64,000 nt of DNA from Mesotaenium endlicherianum (Eukaryota), in NCBI GenBank assembly GCA_009602735.1, contig WELA01003378.1:127712-191711 (forward strand). Direction: 5' to 3'. The position numbers were made by a program, and so were the translations under genes. This document shows positions 35,603-49,062 of this stretch, piece by piece. The stretch's first letter is position 1, and the number at the start of each line of letters is the position of its first letter. The notes beneath the pieces are model-generated. The model was given only the letters and a program-made list of their open reading frames with translations. It was not told where the DNA came from and did no database searches.

Positions 35603-37331
35603 CTTGCCAAAGGAGGACTTTCTACCTGACATAAATGGCAAAATAGTGTTGCCACCTCACATTGCACCATGGGACCCCAGGCTCGATAGAGTGAGGAAGT
35701 TCATGAATGAGGAGATGCTGGAAGATAGATTCAGGCCTCGGGACTCTTTCTCAAAGGGGAAGTATGCTTATGTCGAATGGGCAAGTAAGCAAGGAGAAAA
35801 GGACCTTTACGAGGTTAGAGCCCAACAGCCACCACCAGCACTCAAGAGGGGAAGACCGGTGGGATATTCCTTGTTCCGGGAACAGCTGGAGAAGTTAACT
35901 CAAGGGACTCCAGCAGTCTCAGAGAAGGAGGAAGAAGAGGAGAAAGGCACAGAAGAAGAGTCTGGCCCTGGGATAACTTAGACTCCTGCTACATCTTCCA
36001 CCTTGCAAAAGACTGGGATGTCTTTGGCAGAGCGAGCCTTGAAGCAGCTGGAGGACACTGGTGCACACAGGAAAAGGAGGAGCAAGCAGATGTCACTTGG
36101 TTGGGAAGTTTTAGCAGGAGGACTCCACCCCCGGAGGCTGAGACTCAGTCAGACAGGGCAGACAAGAGGATTGCCAAGGAGGCAGCCAGAGGACAACCGG
36201 CATCCCCCTCTCACAGAAGTCATGTCCCCCTTGACCATGTCATGCAGCACCCTTCTGATATGCCAGTGTATGTCTCTGCTAGCTTGAGAGCTGCTCAGGG
36301 CGAGCAGTCTCCATTAACTTGTAAAATGTGCAACAGGGGGCTGCCCACTTGTTGCGCTCTCCCTTGGATTCACCTTGGTCGAAGCCCCCAGGCTTCAGTA
36401 GGCCAACTGACAGGAGGAGGAGGTCAAGGTCCAGATCTGTCACCCCAGAAGACAGAGCTCCAGGGACGTAGTATGCTGCTTGCTGGATGTCTGCTTATTG
36501 TATTTTTAATCTTGTTTGAGTCGATCTATTGTACATATGCATGCTGCAGTTAGCTACTTGTGATGTTATAGTAGGCTAATTTAGTGTTGTCGAGGCGACA
36601 ACAAGTTAAGTTGGAGGGATTGTAATGAATAAATATTATATTCATTTAATTAGAGTAGTAAATCTAATTCAGTTTACTGTACTTTAGCTAACATTAAGTC
36701 TGCTGGACTTTTAGTAATATTCAGTATAATGACTCAGTCGGGAGCGGCAAGCTGATCGAAGTCAATATAGGTCAACTTACTGACACATTCTTTTGCGGTC
36801 AGCTCACTGCCATACTCGATATCAGTGGATTGCATAGATATGCATCTAAGTGTGATATGCTAGATGAATGGCCAGAGAACACCCTTGGGTGGATGGCGAT
36901 TCGGGATGATGGGAGATGGCTGTGGATTCGATTACCCAAGGTCCTACCGACGTGGTTAGCTCCCGGGTACGCGGTGCTATTGCACTTGCCGTTGAACAGT
37001 AAACTCATTCCATGTTCATAGGTTAGGTTGTGCTCTAGAGTTCAGCATTTGGAAACGAGGCCAACTCTCTTGTACCGCTTAATGAAAGGGATCTGAATCC
37101 AAAGCGAGAAGCCATTGATGCGAATTGTATTCTAACCTTGCTTATGTATGAGTTTACTGATTGCATGATTGATGCTCGTTTACTTGCATTTGACTCATGA
37201 GTATTGCCTACGCTAGTCGTGTGATCTTTTGTTGATTAATAAGTTAACCAGAAAATACCATAAAGATTACTTGCTAATATAAAGATCTTTTATTAATTGG
37301 TAATCGCTTGTTGGTACGTCGATTCATTTCA
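35603..37331 (+). mobile_element. 3' part of a family A element: accessory ORF remnant (35603 to about 36470), PPT 36609-36620, 3' LTR 36621-37331
   Basis: IVLPPHIAPWDPRL, SFSKGKYAYVEWASKQGEKDLY, ETQSDRADKRIAKEAARG, HVMQHPS. AGTTGGAGGGAT is followed by TGTAATGAAT...TCATTTCA. Confidence 0.9.
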
Positions 37332-39115
37332 ATGCGCAACATGTGTTTAGCTGCCGCGCCTACACATGGCACATGCTTTAACACCTCTTTCTGAAACTTA
37401 ACTATGACTTAGGGTAGACCTCATACTAGGCCTCTCACATCATGTAGGACTCCTAGTGGAAATATTACCCAATCTCTCCTAAGTAGGCAAAAAGTAGCCA
37501 AACCCTGCCCACTTTTACTCGTATGCTCGCCTACCCGTAAGATCCTCAAACATGGACACAATTGAGTGTCTTCCACGCTCTTGCTCTCAAACTTCTTTCC
37601 ACATCACATCTCTTAGTTATAACTAAACTCTTAGGACTGGCTTGACCTTGCTTACAAGCACTACAAATAACTACAACACTCCCTCCCCTCATCATGAAGG
37701 TAAGGCGCTTACCACTTAAATGTCAAAGTCCAGATTTTACGCCTCCGTCTTGCTTGCTTGTATAGGGGCTGATTTGCCTTGCTTCATGTCTAGGTCCTTG
37801 TCATATATCACCCTCTTGGACAGGATATGTCAGCCATATAAGTCTTGGTCTCCTCCTCATAGATTTGTATCCATAAACTCGTAGTCTCTAACAAGCGGTC
37901 ATAGTCTTTCACAAGGCATAAGCGCGTAGTCTTGCTCTTGGTGCACCAATCTCCATTATAGTCTTCATCTTGGCTAGGTGCTCACTCCCACATACTCCTG
38001 GCTTTCCTCGAAGGTAAGCCTTCAAACCAAGTTCCAAGAAACTCACTTGGAACACCTCCAAGAACTCCATAACTTGGGCATATGCACATACTCTTAGTGC
38101 TTGCACCTTATTTTTGTGCTCGCATACACTTCGTCTTGCAAGCGGGCTTGTCTTCAGCTTACTTTTTTAGAGCTCCTCCACTTGAGCAGTTGGATTCTAC
38201 TCTATATATGAGCAAGGGGATCATACACCTCTACTTGCTCCACCGGCGATGCGCACTTTGCCAAGGTTGTTAAGAGGCACGCTTTCTCCATGTGATGACC
38301 AGGCCAAGGTCACCTAAACAAGCGCTTCTCCTTCACCTTCACCTTCCGCCGTCGCTTCTTCGCTAGCGGGCTGAAAATAGCTACTTGTGGTCTTATCTAC
38401 CTCCACCTATTTCACTATTTTCACTTGACCATACTCCTCCTTGGTCTTCACTTGACCCGTGCACTGAAGCACTAAAGGATAGGCTACTTTCTCTTTGTGC
38501 AACTCCTTCCACATGCTTAGCTTCTTGAGTGCACTCTAGCCTTGGTCGCCCCAACGGCACTTCTTACTACTAAACCCAACTTGCCTTGGTGCTCTACTTT
38601 TACATGAAGAGCTTCCATTGGTGCACCAAAAATTTGCCCCTAAACTAATGCCATCACACTAATATTGGCACACGCACTTCAAGTGGGAGACATCTCTTGC
38701 ACTAGCCCTCTTGCTCCAACTTCATACCTTGCTTATTCTTCCACATCGTAGGCTTGTCTTCATCATAACTCTCATCTTCAAGTACTCCATAGTTGTCTCC
38801 TCCATATTAAAGAAAAATCTGAACTTGAAAGGCTCCATCTCCAACTATCTTGCTTGAAGGAGAATCTGGATTACTTCTTCTTGCTCCAAGTCTTCTCCAC
38901 GGCGCTTCTCTTCACTTGAGACTTCTTCAATCTCCACAAAGTACCAAGGTCCATCATGGCTGGCCAATAATATCTAGTGGCTATATAGGAGTGATGCAAA
39001 ACAACCCAAATCTGGCCACATACTTGGCCAGCTTGGTGCAACACCCCTGTGCACCCTCTCTTGAGCTTCTCATGAGCTCCTCTTGAGCTTGTGAGTGCTA
39101 TGCCCGCCAAAGCTC
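37332..39115 (-). mobile_element. Heavily degraded LTR retrotransposon remnant (LTR start about 37678, PPT 37679-37690, integrase-like fragment about 38950)
   Basis: Minus strand reads GAGGGGAGGGAG then TGTTGTAG. IATRYYWPAM resembles the gypsy integrase zinc-binding region. Confidence 0.4.
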
Positions 39116-39125
39116 TGTAACAATT

Positions 39126-40383
39126 CTAACTTTCGAGGGAGCGTCTGCCAGCGGTCACCCTGTCGAGTTGCTCTTGTCTGCTACTAGCGAATGCCTGAGC
39201 GGGACGCGCACAGCTGGCAGGGGCGTAGAGTGCCCCGCACGCGTCGTAGTCAGTGCTGACATCGCGAGCGTGTAGGCGGGCGATCTCGGCTTCGGCCGCT
39301 ATCAGCACGTTGTTGGGAGCGTCGTAGCTGGTCCTCGCCGGGCGTCATCACGGCGCTAGTTGTGGCCGTGGCTGCCGTCATCGCCGGACGTTCGCCAGCG
39401 CGAGGGTTATGCATGCCTCGCTGGCCCGCTGCGGCGGACGATGCGTCTCGAGCGTGCCCGTTCTTGAGGTCGCGCTTCTTCTGCAGGCAGACCACCTGCA
39501 AGTGGCCGACTTTGCCACAATAGGTGCAATTGCCGAGCTTGCTGTTATGCGCGAGGGTGCTGTCACGGCGAGAGTGGCCCATCTTCTTGCAAGACCAGCA
39601 GGGCTCGCTCGTCGTGGCGGCCATGGACAAGCGGCCGCGCGGAGCTCCGCGCTGCTGAGTCTGCTGGAGCAGCTGCGAGCGCTGAGGCTGCGGCTGCTGG
39701 AGTTGGCGGGCAGGGCCTGGGTGCATCGTAGAAGATGGCAGTACCGCGGCCTCTTGGCGTACGCCCGTAGATGCAAGGCCCACACGGTCCCTATTGTTGC
39801 CCCGTGCGGCGGCCAGGCTCTGCTTCTTAACTGAGAGGTAAGCGTCCTCCAGTGAGTGTTCGAAACCCTTGCAATCGATGAGGGGGGCAATAGCTCTCTC
39901 CCTCAGACGCCGCTACACAGCACGCAAGAAGACCTCCGTTGCCTCTCGGTCAGTGACCGTGCCCACGTCTCGGCGTAGGTGGGTCAGACGTCGGTACATC
40001 ATGCGAATCGTCTCGTTCTTGCAGCGGAAGATGTGGTGCAGCTCGAACACCTTCTCCTCAATGGCGGACTGGAACTCTTGCCTGAGGACATCTCAGAAGG
40101 CCTGAGTTGGGTCAGCTAGAGGGGTCTGAACGTCCCCCACAAGCTCCGTGCGCGTGAGGATCTTGGCTGCCTTCTCACGGTAGGTGTCGCGAGCCTCGTA
40201 GAGAAGGTAACGCATGAGCGTGCCAAACATCTGGCGCTTAGTGAGCGCGGGCGTCTTGAGCTTAGCGTTCTTGAAGTCAGGCTTGAACTCAGAGATAGTG
40301 TTGTCCAAATCATAGGTGCCTGGCCTGCCGCTGAAGCGGAAGAGGGAGGCCCTGTCTACCTTCGCATCCTGGTCACCTGCCAT
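39126..40383 (-). pseudogene. gag pseudogene with two zinc knuckles (unclassified LTR retrotransposon)
   Basis: One frame from ATG 40383 with internal stops. Knuckles CWSCKKMGHSRRDS (degenerate) and CTYCGKVGHLQVVC. Confidence 0.75.
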
Positions 40384-42332
40384 GGAGTACGAGGGATCGT
40401 AGTGAGTCCACTAAAGAGGTGGCTTATAAACGGCCGTAGGCTGAGGGGACAATGGTTGCTCCTCCTTAGGAGGATTAGTGACAGTACTGAGGTCTCAGTC
40501 TGAGTCCTTGCCACTAACCCCTTCATAGTAAGGCTGATAAGATAGCCCACTACGGGTAAGCATACGCTAAAGACTCTAATTACTTGCAGGTAAAGAGAGA
40601 TATTCTTAAAAGTAGGGAACGTGTACTCTCCAGAGTGAGCACCTCGAGATTGTAATCTGGTAGGAAAACAACTAATGAAGTCTGGCCCAAAAGATCACTG
40701 GAAGCAAATCATGATCTTCAAGAGTAGTCCTATGGCAGGGTTTAAGCTGTGACTTTGCTCACCACTTGTGAACTTCTTCAAGTGACTGGAAGCCAGGAGG
40801 GCTTGCTCTTCACAAGAGAGAGACTAAGTGGTCCTGAAAACACAAGAGGTAAAATGTAAGCTTTACCTGTGGCTTACAGCTGGCATAATTGACTTCTGAA
40901 AAGATGTTCATCTAGGGGCATCAACTGCTACATACTCTCTGCAAAACCGGCGCTGAAGACAAGGGATTCAATGCACACAGTCATGCAAGGAGGCTCTCCT
41001 AGGTTCACGAAAGTGGAGGCAAGGCAAGTGCTAGCTCTCCTATTGGCTAAGCACAACATACACCAATCAAATATAGTGCAAGGAAGAGGATGCATGGCTC
41101 TCATTGGCGGAGCTTACCTCGACCAAAGCTACCTAGATAACGCCTCAAAAGTAGATCTGAAACGTCAGGAACCTTCCTCTAGGAATGAGCGATGCAATCA
41201 CCCAGTTATAGCTCAAATGGGGCTCATATACCATGCTAATACATGCTAATTGTACTTCATCAAGCTTGCGGATTTGTATGCTAACGTGTAGAGGTCCTTG
41301 GAGTCGCGAAGAGCCAACAATGTGACCTTTGCGCACATTGAGGCACAAAGTGGCCCCTGGTAAAACTCCGCTAGGGGCCGGTAGGTGGCGCGGACTACAT
41401 CGCGAAACATCTCGCTCGATACTTGACCAAATGGCACGGAACCGGTGCCGTTCGGAAGGTGACTCGACGCGCTACACTTTAGTGATTTGGAACGCTAGCA
41501 AAGGTCAACATATGAATGCGTAAAGCAAGGTCAAAGTTGGCCTTCCTAGGTCGATGGTCGACACACATGTGGCTCGGCTTGGGCGACGGTCCCAACCTAT
41601 GAGTCAAGACAGTCAATATTCGACCTGAGATGTGAAGTATCTTAGCAAATATCTTCACCAGTTTTCCCTTGCCTTTTCCCATGGATACTTCCAAGCAGAT
41701 GGTCCTCTTGGGCTTATCTGATCGAGAGGAGTGAGACCTCGCTGACTTTCTGCTACTTAGTTATGTCCATTCGCCAATAAAACACTGGCGTTTCTGTAGT
41801 AATATGAGTTAGAATATATTAGTTTGTTTGTACTGTAATGTTGTTGAATATTTTTGGTGTAGTATTGTGTGGATTCAAGTGTGAACAGATACTCTAGTGA
41901 CTTGGTTCATGTCCTTTGAACCTTCAAGGCATTTTCGAAGTTAGAGGAAGGACCTAGAAGAATCCCATGGGGAAAAAGTCAAATATACCATTTTTACGTC
42001 GAAAGGACATGTGTACATTATTCTTGAAAGAGGTGGCAAGTTCTGGGATGTGTTGGGTGCCAACACATCAACATGTACCTTCCTAAAAATTACTTACGTA
42101 GCAAGTACAAAAACAAGAGCTAGAATATAGAAAGGCATTCGAGAATCAGTCTTGTGCTTGCCAAATTTAGAAATGTATTCAGTTTCAAGAAGCCATCTCT
42201 CTTTCAAGAAGCTACCACTTGTGTTTAAAGATCCTTGTCTTGAATTGATAAAGTATTTCATTTCACTAAGTACTTTATCTATCTGTTTCACTACTGTGGT
42301 ATCGGAGCTAGGCACTTTGGTAGCACAAGAAG

Positions 42333-43500
42333 ATGGCCGATCCTCATTAATAAGCTATTGAAGAAAGCACTTCATCTTCAAGAGACCCTCCTCTAACGCT
42401 GATGAGAGAGCCCACAAAAGAAAATCGGCAACAACAAGGAGCACCACAAGAAGGAGCAACATCAGATTTCGTGGCAGCCCCTCTGGCAAAGTCGACCCCA
42501 CCACAAGGAGTTCCTGCAAATGAGTGGGCAGCCTTCCTAATTACTATCCACAACCAAGTGGGCTTGGCCACCTATGAAGCAACCGTACAAGCGTCAAGAG
42601 AACCTATGGCTGCCATGGCTGCCTCTATTGCAAGCAACACTCCAAATCCAGCCACGGCTCAAGCGCCTCCACAAGAGCCTACGAGAGTAAGAAAACTCAT
42701 CAAGCCCGGCAAACCCGACACTTTCAACCCCGAAAAAGGAGCAACCTGAACGTATGGCTCTACCAAGTGGAGACGTATCTTGCATTCCTTGAAGTACTCG
42801 AGGAAGACTACGTTCCCTTTGCCGTTACCTTACTTGGAGGAGCAGCAACATCATGGTGGCGTAACTATCGAGCGGGTTGTATATCAAGCTACGGCGCACC
42901 CCGTGCCCGGCCAAGAGCCCCCACCATCGTATGCAAGATGGGCAGATTTCCGTGAGGCCCTGACGAAGCAATTCATGCCCATCAATGCGGAGAAGATTGC
43001 CCAAATAAAGCTCCCCCACCTCAAGCAAACGACGTCCGTTCAAGAGAATACATCCAGACTTCATGCCCTCACTCTTGAGATCCCCAACATGTCTCTCGAG
43101 GAGAAGATTATTTGCCTCAAGCCCAAGGTGGCAAAGGAAGTGGAAGTACGCGACTTGACGGACTTCTCAAAGATCATTGAAGTAGCCCAAAAGGTGGATA
43201 CCTTGGACTTCAAGCATTCATTGCCTTTATCTTCATGGGCACCAACGACGCGGGTGTGCGTAGCCCCTTCCACATCTGAATCTGGACCCACACCCATGAA
43301 GATTGGATTCATTAAAAGAGACCCCGCGGCTGCCCGGAAGAGTGGAAGACCCTCCAATGACACTTATGATGCAAGAAACCAGAAAGGAGTGAAAGCAAGA
43401 CTCTCCCCGGCTAAAAATGAAGCTCTCATGATGGCTGGACTGTGCTTTATTGTAAGGAGAAGGGTCATCTTGCACTCTCGTGTCCCAAAAAGTTGTCGAA
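42333..43500 (+). pseudogene. Family B gag (stops and frameshifts)
   Basis: KPGKPDTFN, AVTLLGGAATSWW, WADFREALTKQF, LKQTTSVQE, GPTPMKIG and a degenerate zinc knuckle, spread over several frames. Confidence 0.85.
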
Positions 43501-46500
43501 GAACGGACAGCGCCGATAGGCCAGGAGCCTACCACCGCAAGACTCACTTCTCGAGAAGACAACAAGCCAAGTGAGGTGGAGACCCCCGTTAAAGACAACA
43601 TTCCAGCCCCAATGAGTTTAGGAGGTTACCTTGGAGGAGAGAAGGTCCACATCTTGGTGGATAGCGGAGCTCAAGACAACTTCATCGCTGCAAATTCTGC
43701 TACCAAGCACGGTGTCACTATGCGAACTCTTGACCACGACGAGGATTATGATGCCCGACGGATTCTCCTAAACTACCCCTTCCAAGAAGACGTACCCCTT
43801 GGCACTCTCTATCAAGTCCTTCAAGGATAGAGTAGTGTTCTCCCCCATGCAATTGGGCAAGTACGACGTCATCCTAGGGACGCCTTGGTTGACCAAGCAC
43901 AACTCCCAAGTTGGTTGGAGGACCGGTACTATCAAGATCAAGAATGACATCACTTCAAGAATCTGTATTTTGCGCGCAATCCAGAATATCCAGACCCAAG
44001 ACATCCAGAAGCCGGCACACGAGATACTATTGTCCGCCCTCCAACTCAAGAGACTTGTGAGGAAGGGACACGAGCTTCTTTTGGCCTTGATCACGCCAAA
44101 AGACATCAAGAAAGACATCGAGAGTCAAGAAGGCAGCCCAGTTCCCAAGGAGATACAAGAAGTCTTAGAGGACTACAAAAAAGTGTTCTCCCCGGAATTG
44201 CTCAAGAGCTTACCCCCCAAGAGATTCGTAGACCACAAGATAGAGTTGGAGCCCGGAAGCAAGCCCATCTCTCGGCCTACGTTCAAAATGTCATACACGG
44301 AGCTAGACGAAGTCAAGAAGCAAATCAAGGAGCTACTGGAGCATGGCTTCATTCGACCTAGCAAGTCGCCATTTGGAGCCCCGGTGCTATTTGTCAAGAA
44401 GAAAGATGGTACCTTGAGGATGTGTGTGGACTATCGCGCCCTCAACAAGATCACCATCAAGAATCGATACCCGCTGCCGCGCATGGATGAGCTCATGGAC
44501 CGGCTGGTTGGAGCCAAGTACTTCACGAAGATTGACTTACGGAGCGGCTACCACCAGATTCGCATCGCAGAACCGGACATAGAGAAGACGGCATTCAGGA
44601 CAAGATATGGACATTTTGAGTTCATGGTCCTGCCATTTGGACTCACCAACGCGCCAGCAACTTTCATGACTATGATGAACACCATATTTCAGCCCATGTT
44701 GGACAGATTTGTGGTGGTATTCATCGATGACATCCTTATCTACAGCAAGACCCTTGAAGAGCATGCGAGACACTTGAAAGAAGTCCTTGAAGTATTGAAG
44801 CAAAACAAGCTATTTGCGAAGGAGTCAAAGTGCGAGTTTGCCAAACAAGAAGTGGAGTTCCTAGGTCTCCACGTGACTGCTGATGGCATCAAGATGGACC
44901 CCAAGAAGACCACGGTGGTGGAGGAATGGCCAACCCCCACGACCAAGAAAGAACTCCAGTCATTCTTGGGATTTGCCAATTGGTACAGAAAATTCATCCA
45001 AGGCTTCTCGCACATAGCAGCCCCCCTGACAGATCTACTCAAGAAGGACAGGCTATATACATGGACCGAGAAAGAGGAAGAGGCATTTCAAGAGTTAAAG
45101 CGAAGATTGACCACATCCCCGGTGCTCACACTCCCAAGTCCAAACCCAGATTGGCCCTTCCACGTCATCACCGATGCATCTTCCTATGCAATAGGAGCAA
45201 TCCTGCTTCAAGACCAAGGCAAGGGACTGCAGCCCATCGCCTACGAGTCAAGGAAGCTAAATCCAGCCGAGCAAAATTATACAACCACGGAGCGAGAGGC
45301 ATTGGCGATTGTACATGCCTTGAAGGTTTGGCGCTGCTACGTTGAAGGACGCAAAGTACTGGTCACCACGGACCACGAGGCGTTAAAGCACCTCCAAACG
45401 CAGCCGTATCTCTCAAGGAGACAAGCAAGATGGAGCGGATACTTGCAACAATACAACATCACGATTCAGTACCAGCCCGGCAAGACAAACCCGGCTGACC
45501 CCCTCTCAAGACTGCAATTAAATGCAGTGATGGTATCCCTGAAGACAGATCTGGAAGCTCGATTTTCAGCCGCCTATGAAAGAGACCCTTACTACAAGAA
45601 CGGAGAAGCAGCCTTGGACCCATGCAAGAAGCAAGAAGGCAATTATTGGGTGAGGCAAGATACGGGCCAGAGATGTGTTCCTAATGACATAGACCTCCGG
45701 CTCTTGCTTCTACGAGAAGCACACGACAACCCTCTTGGAGGACACTTTGGAATCCTAAGGACCACGGGCGTTCTAGCTAGGACTTATTGTTGGCCAGGCA
45801 TGTCTAAGCAAGTCAAGGAGTACTGCAGGAGCTGTGACACATGCCAAAGAATCAAGCCATCATCGCAAAAGGCGGGAGGACTCCTCCAACCACTACCAAT
45901 CCCCGAAAGACAATGGACGGACATCTCAATGGACCTTATCGTGGACTTGCCCGTGACACCTCGAGGCCATAATGCAATACTCACGGTGGTGGACAGACTT
46001 ACCAAGATGGCTCATTTTATTCCCACGACGACTAAGGCTACAGCACCACAACTTGCAAGACTCATCTTTGACAACATCTTCCGACTCCATGGACTACCAT
46101 CAAGAATTGTGTCAGATAGAGATCCAAGATTCACAAGCCATTTCTGGAAAAATCTCTTCAAGAACTTGGGTACATCGCTGGATATGTCTACTGCCTACCA
46201 CCCACAATCAGATGGGCAAACCGAGCGTATGAATCGTACCCTAAAGACCTCTCTAAAGGCCTACGTGTCTACCCTCGAGCAAGACTGGGACATGTACTTG
46301 ACCCCCCTCGAGTTTGCCTACAACAACACTACGCAGGCCTCTACCCAAGAGTCCCCATTCTTCCTCAACTATGGCTTCCATCCGACCACGCCACTGAGCT
46401 TCACGGCTGGCCATGATGAAGTACCTGCAGCCACAGATTTTATGGAGACATTAGAAGCAGCCCTTACAGCAGCGAAGAAAGCTCTACAACACGCGCAAGA

Positions 46501-47089
46501 TGCTCAAGCAAGAGTGGCGAACAGATCCAGAAGAGAAATTACGTACAGAGTGGGTGACAACGTGTTACTATCATCCAAGAACATTTCCCTGAACAACAGG
46601 CCTGCCGGCAGCAAGTTCTCTCCCAAGTATTTGGGACCCTTCAAGATTATCCAGCAAGTCAACCTCGTTGCTTTCCAGCTAGAATTTCCCCAGACTATGC
46701 ACATCGACCCCGTATTCCACGCTTCCCTCTTCAAGCCATATGTGCAACCCGGCAACAAGTTCTCAGGACGTGTGACAACTCCACCAGCCCCAACAATAGT
46801 GGATGATCATTTGGAGTACAAAGTGGAAGACATAGTGACTATGAGAAATTTCAGGAGACAGCAGCAATACTTGATCAAGTGGAAAGGATATGTAGATTCG
46901 GAGAATAGTTGGGTGGCGGCGCACTACCTTGACAAAGTTCAGAGAAAGTCGAAGCGCTTCCATGCCGCCAACCCCCATCTTGGACCAGCCCCAAGTCTCT
47001 TTACTAAAAGCCCAAAGACTTCAGGGAGGCAGCCAGCCACCATCAAGAAGCAGCAGAAGACCCCTTGGAGGCAGCCTGCAAGAACATGA
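43480..47089 (+). CDS. Family B pol: protease (frameshifted near 43750) plus an open 1096-codon RT-RNase H-integrase-chromodomain frame (43799-47089)
   Basis: [51 protein letters not shown]...[27 protein letters not shown]; chromodomain EYKVEDIV...YLIKWKGY...NSW. Confidence 0.95.
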
Positions 47090-47729
47090 AAGAGGAAAAA
47101 TTGACATTAGACACTCTTCTCTTCTCGCAGTTTCTAGACAGAAAACTAAAACTGCTACTGGTGATAGGTCTCTGCATAATAAATTCTGAAAATTTACCTG
47201 GCTTTAGTCCATAAGTAGCTGGTCATTTAGAGTCCAAGTTTACTCAATTTGGAGCACTGTTGAGGGAGATATGATGCTTTAAGTAGGAGGGGGTCAAGCT
47301 GCTGGCATTGTTAGGGCAGAATATGCCTTCTGACATTGTGCCCTCCCCTGAACTTGGAATGCTCTGAAACTCAAGACTCTGGTAGAACATCTTACAGCGC
47401 CCATTTTGAGACTTACTTTGCAGAATTTGAAGAAGCATAGAAGGACTTATGATTTTCAGAAGTTTCTGCACAGATTTGGAGGAGTGCCTACTCTCTCAGC
47501 TCTCAACGACACTCCAGAAATTAGAATGCTCTCAAATTTAGTGACCCGGTAGAGTTCTCCGACGCAATCCGGCTGGCGTTTGAATTTTTAGATTTGGAGC
47601 AATTCTGTGGACGCTATGAATTTTTGAGTTCGTGGCAGATTCTGGGCCAATTTGTACAATTTTCTTTATCATTAAGGAGTAGGCTAACCAATAAGGTCAC
47701 ACCACCTACGACCTTGCCTAGTCTACCTT

Positions 47730-47845
47730 ACATGTGTAGCACCTGACTTGGCGCCTTTGACTAGTCCTCTTCACATGTGTGGCATCTGACTTGAAACTGT
47801 TGACTAGTTTGCTCCACATGTGTAAGACCTGACTTGACGCGCCGA
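47730..47845 (+). repeat. 43-bp tandem repeat (about 2.6 units) in the family B 3' UTR
   Basis: ACATGTGT...CTGACTTG...TTGACTAGT recurs with a 43-bp period. Confidence 0.8.
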
Positions 47846-48376
47846 GACGTCGCTTTTTCTATCGGGGGGGTGATGTAGTGATTTGAGTTATTATATATTA
47901 GTTTGCATATATTTTAATGTTTTCAAATATACTTGGAGTAGTATTGTGTGGAGTCAAGTGTGAATAGATACTCTAGTAACTTGGTTCATGTCCTTTGAAC
48001 CTTCTAAGGCATTTTCGAAGTTAGAGGAAAGACCTAGAAGAACTCCATGTGGCAAAAGTCAAATGTGCCATTTTTAGGTCAAAAGGGCATGTGTACATTA
48101 GTCTAGAAAGAGGTGGCAAGTTTTGGGATGTGTTGAGTGCCAACACATCAACATACACTTTCCTAGAAAGTACTTATGTAGCAAGTATATAAACAAGAGC
48201 TAGAACATAGAAAGACATTCCAGAATCACTCTTGTACTTGCCAAAATCCAGAAATATATTAACTTTCAAGAAGCCATCTCTCTTTCAAGAAGCTACCACT
48301 TGTGTTCAAAGATCCTTGTCTTGAATAGATAAAATATTCTATTTCACTAAGTACTTTATCTATCTGTTTCTCTACA

Positions 48377-49062
48377 GTGGTATAGGAGCTAGGCACTTTG
48401 GTAGCACAAGATTCATCCAGAGCTTCTTGCACATTGCAGCTCCCCTCACGGGTCTACTCAAAAAAGACAAGCCTGAAGCAAAGATTGACGACATTCCCGG
48501 TGCTCACACTCCCAAGTCCAAATCCAGATTGGCCCTTCCACGTCATCACCGATGCATCTTCCTATGCAATAGGAGCAATCTTGCTCCAAGACCAAGGCAA
48601 GGGACTGCAGCCCGTTGCTTACGAGTCAACAAAGCTAAATCCAGCCGAGCAAAATGATACAACCACGGAGCGAGAGGCGTTGGCGATTATACATGCCTTG
48701 AAGGTTTGGCGCTGCTATGTTGAAGGACGCAAGGTGCTAGTCACTACGGACCTCGAGGCATTCAAGCACCACTAGACGCAGCCGTATCTCTCAGGGAGAG
48801 AAGCAAGATGGAGTGGATACCTGCAACAATACAACATTAAGATTCAGTACCAACCCGAGAAGACAAATCCAGACGATCCGCTTTCAAGACTACAAGTGAA
48901 CACGATTACAACAACCTTGCATACGGATTTGGAGGCAAGATTTTCAGCCGCCTATGCAAGAGACCCTTACTACAAGAACGGAGAAGCGGGCTTGGACCCA
49001 TACAAGAAGCAAAAAGGCAATTATTGGGTGAGGCAAGACACGAGCCAGAGATGTGTTCCTAT
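48377..49062 (+). pseudogene. Second, internally deleted family B internal region (PBS 48378-48389, leader, then RNase H fragment) sharing the LTR at 47874-48376
   Basis: PBS and leader copy 42297-42330, then jump at about 48412 to sequence homologous to 44993-45682. Confidence 0.9.

Larger units (their letters stand above)
41795..48376 (+). mobile_element. Full-length Ty3/gypsy chromovirus B: 5' LTR 41795-42295, PBS 42297-42308, gag-pol, PPT about 47864-47873, 3' LTR 47874-48376
   Basis: Paired LTRs of about 502 bp (TGTAGT...CTACA/CTACT), PBS TGGTATCGGAGC and a G-run PPT. Confidence 0.95.

Noticed and set aside
40560..41794. Short ORFs, possibly gag-like
   Set aside because: Too degraded to assign to any family.
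47730..47845. CRISPR-like repeat-spacer array
   Set aside because: Fewer than three units, the variable parts are related to each other, the context is a eukaryotic retroelement, and there are no cas genes.
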